Shown here one piece after another: positions 61,938-64,000 of a stretch of 64,000 bases of DNA. The stretch comes from Tubiluchus corallicola. Taxonomy: Eukaryota; Animalia; Priapulida. The translations under genes and the position numbers were made by a program. A model generated the notes under the pieces. The model made no database searches. It was not told the origin of the DNA and saw only the letters and a list, made by a program, of their open reading frames with translations. Position 1 is the first letter of the stretch. Every line of letters begins with the position of its first letter. The stretch is from assembly GCA_030141605.1 (NCBI GenBank), contig JAQGDQ010002377.1:248001-312000 (forward strand). Reading direction: 5' to 3'.

Positions 61938-64000
61938 TTATTTGATTAAACATGCAGGTAGTATAACTGAGATCACTGCTATGATTGAGTGCAGTGTTGA
62001 AATGCTCCCAGATGATCCAGCTTTGTCTTTGTTTTTTGGTTCACAATCTGACAACATTTCTGGCTTGAGGTCGAGCACACGTTTCTCGCGGAGCTTCTTG
62101 GGCGAGTCACAGACGCCAAGGTCGCTGCCCTGATAATCTCCTTCGTTAAGCCAGACGGTTTCTCTCAGCCATCGTAATCGACAGTCACATTCAAAAGGGT
62201 TTCCTGATAATGAGTGAATGTGTTGTTAAAAGATCTAATGTTATAATTATATAAAGACAATTGTGTGTTTCCCTATTAATAAGTTTCTGGGTTGCTACTG
62301 GATAATGTGCTAAGTATTACAAAGGGGCCATCCATACATAACGATATCAAGTTTTCGGCCGATTTGGAGGACTATCCTACCTTATGTTGTAATAGTGTTA
62401 TCATATGCCCCACCACCTACCTACCTCTTATATTGATATCGATGTAGTTTTTTGTACATTTTATTCTTTCTCCTCCCAAGGACATTCAACAACATCACTG
62501 TTGTTAATTAATGAGAAACCATCAGTGGGTTGCGTCATTCTACTGGCACTGCTACTGCTGCTGGCACACACGTGTGAAAAAAACATGAAGTCAGTTAACA
62601 ATATCATGACTAAATCACCTACTTACCTTTAATTTACCTTTACCTTTACTTTACTTACCTATTTACATTATGTTATAATGGTGTTATCACATCTCATGTC
62701 ATCTACCTCCCTAAACTTGATATCGTTATATTTGGATGGCCCCAAAACAGCAGTGTAGTGGCAAAACTTTGCACCCACCCTCACAGCCCCAGTATCTGCT
62801 GGGAAACCCATCGGTTGGAGGGACCCTTGGCTGTGAAGAAGAACTGGTAAAGCATCAAAGTAATGCATAATTTTCCAAAACTTTAACAATTTTGTCAACG
62901 CGAAATTCTCAAGGAAAAATTAAAGGCAAGTTATGATGTTTTTTGACCGATCTTAAAAATTGTGGTACATTCGATAGGCCTCAGACATTTTTACCTAAGT
63001 TTAATGATTTGTGGTCCACTGGCACTACTTTTGCAGGGTGACCCAAACATACAGTTATGCTAATACAGAGCTACAGTGCAGCACAAACCACATATGTGCA
63101 GTGAATCTTAAATATGTATTTGGCACAACTACAATATGTTTAATATAAGAATGTAAAGAAAACAAAAAACTGTTGGTGGTGATTGCATTAGGCTAAACCA
63201 CGAGTTTTTGTAAATTATATGTACAACTTATAATTTAAAATTAGATGGGCTGTATTTTTTATATAGCCTATACCCTCATTGACAGCCATTACACCCTCAA
63301 GCCTCAATGAGTTATTCTGTTTTGTAAAAATAATTGTCAATTAATATTGTGTGAAGAAATTCCACCTAGCTGTGAGATGAACTTTTAATTTAATAAATGA
63401 TAGAACTTCATAATGAAACTTCAAAATTTGCTATTACTTGATTTTCTTGTACTTGGAGTTACATGTACTTACTGGTTTTTTGTTATTATTGTTGTTGTTG
63501 TTATCGTCACCATTATTGTATATCTTATATCGTTATCATTATCATTATGGTAGTACCAGTAGCTGTAGCATAATAGTTGTCACTCACCATATAGCAGCAG
63601 TAAAACGTTTTTTGTCTCAACATTTTGATGAAATGGTATGTAGTCAATATTTTTTATGCCATTCCTCGACAGATCAAGCTCTTTTAACCTCGACAGTGAA
63701 GATAGGTCCAACTTGAAATGCTGAAGCTTGGCAGCTGTAATTTTGAGTGATTCCAAGTCCCTTAGACTTAAAAATGCTTTTGGGTGTATCTGTGGGAGAT
63801 TGGTTGCCTTTATTATAAGATTCGTAGCGTCAAGACCTTCAAAGGTTTTCTCCTTGATTGCCATCAAATTTCTTGCCCTGAGTTCTACATGACGGGCCAC
63901 TATTCCCTTCAGAAACTTCTTGGGAAATGTAGCATTGGGGTTGTTGTTGGTGACCATGAGTTTGTAGACAGGCCGGTCGATCTCGCTCACAGCTGCTTCG
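61938..64000 (-). CDS. Extracellular leucine-rich-repeat protein with LRRCT cap and probable GPI-anchor signal (5' end beyond window)
   Basis: Exon >64000-63588 carries LRRs (LESLKI, LSRLKELDLSRNGI) and splices in phase 1 to exon 62203-61938: GNPFECDCRLRWL...CDSPKKLREKRVLDLKPEMLSDC, then GSSGS plus a hydrophobic C-terminus HSIIAVISVILPACLIK* with no cytoplasmic tail. Confidence 0.88.
62324..62743. mobile_element. PIF/Harbinger-like MITE in the LRR gene intron
   Basis: ~30-bp TIRs GGGGCCATCCATACATAACGATATCAAGTTT / AAACTTGATATCGTTATATTTGGATGGCCCC with AAA on both flanks. Confidence 0.85.

Overview
AT-rich animal genomic DNA, arthropod-like judging by its proteins and repeats, with spliced genes; nothing prokaryotic. 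Reading splice sites by eye gives six genes. (1) A minus-strand gene (13178 to about 4231, 3' end unresolved) encodes an N-terminal ComEA-type helix-hairpin-helix domain followed by an acidic low-complexity region. (2) PRPF3 (+, 22705-32781) has 10 coding exons and needs a GC-AG first intron. (3) RanGAP1 (-, 46211-35105) has 13 coding exons plus a candidate alternative terminal exon (40503-40450) that would replace the SUMO-acceptor domain with a class-1a NES. (4) DNTTIP1 (+, from 48120) lacks its C-terminal domain in this window. (5) An intronless, motif-degenerate class A GPCR sits on the same strand inside a DNTTIP1 intron. (6) The 3' part of a probably GPI-anchored LRR gene lies on the minus strand at the right edge. 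Introns hold many MITEs (pogo-, hAT- and Harbinger-like, two of them nested), SINEs, LINE fragments, a Helentron-like element and two Penelope remnants with hammerhead-ribozyme cores. All exon models are manual readings without transcript data or database searches.
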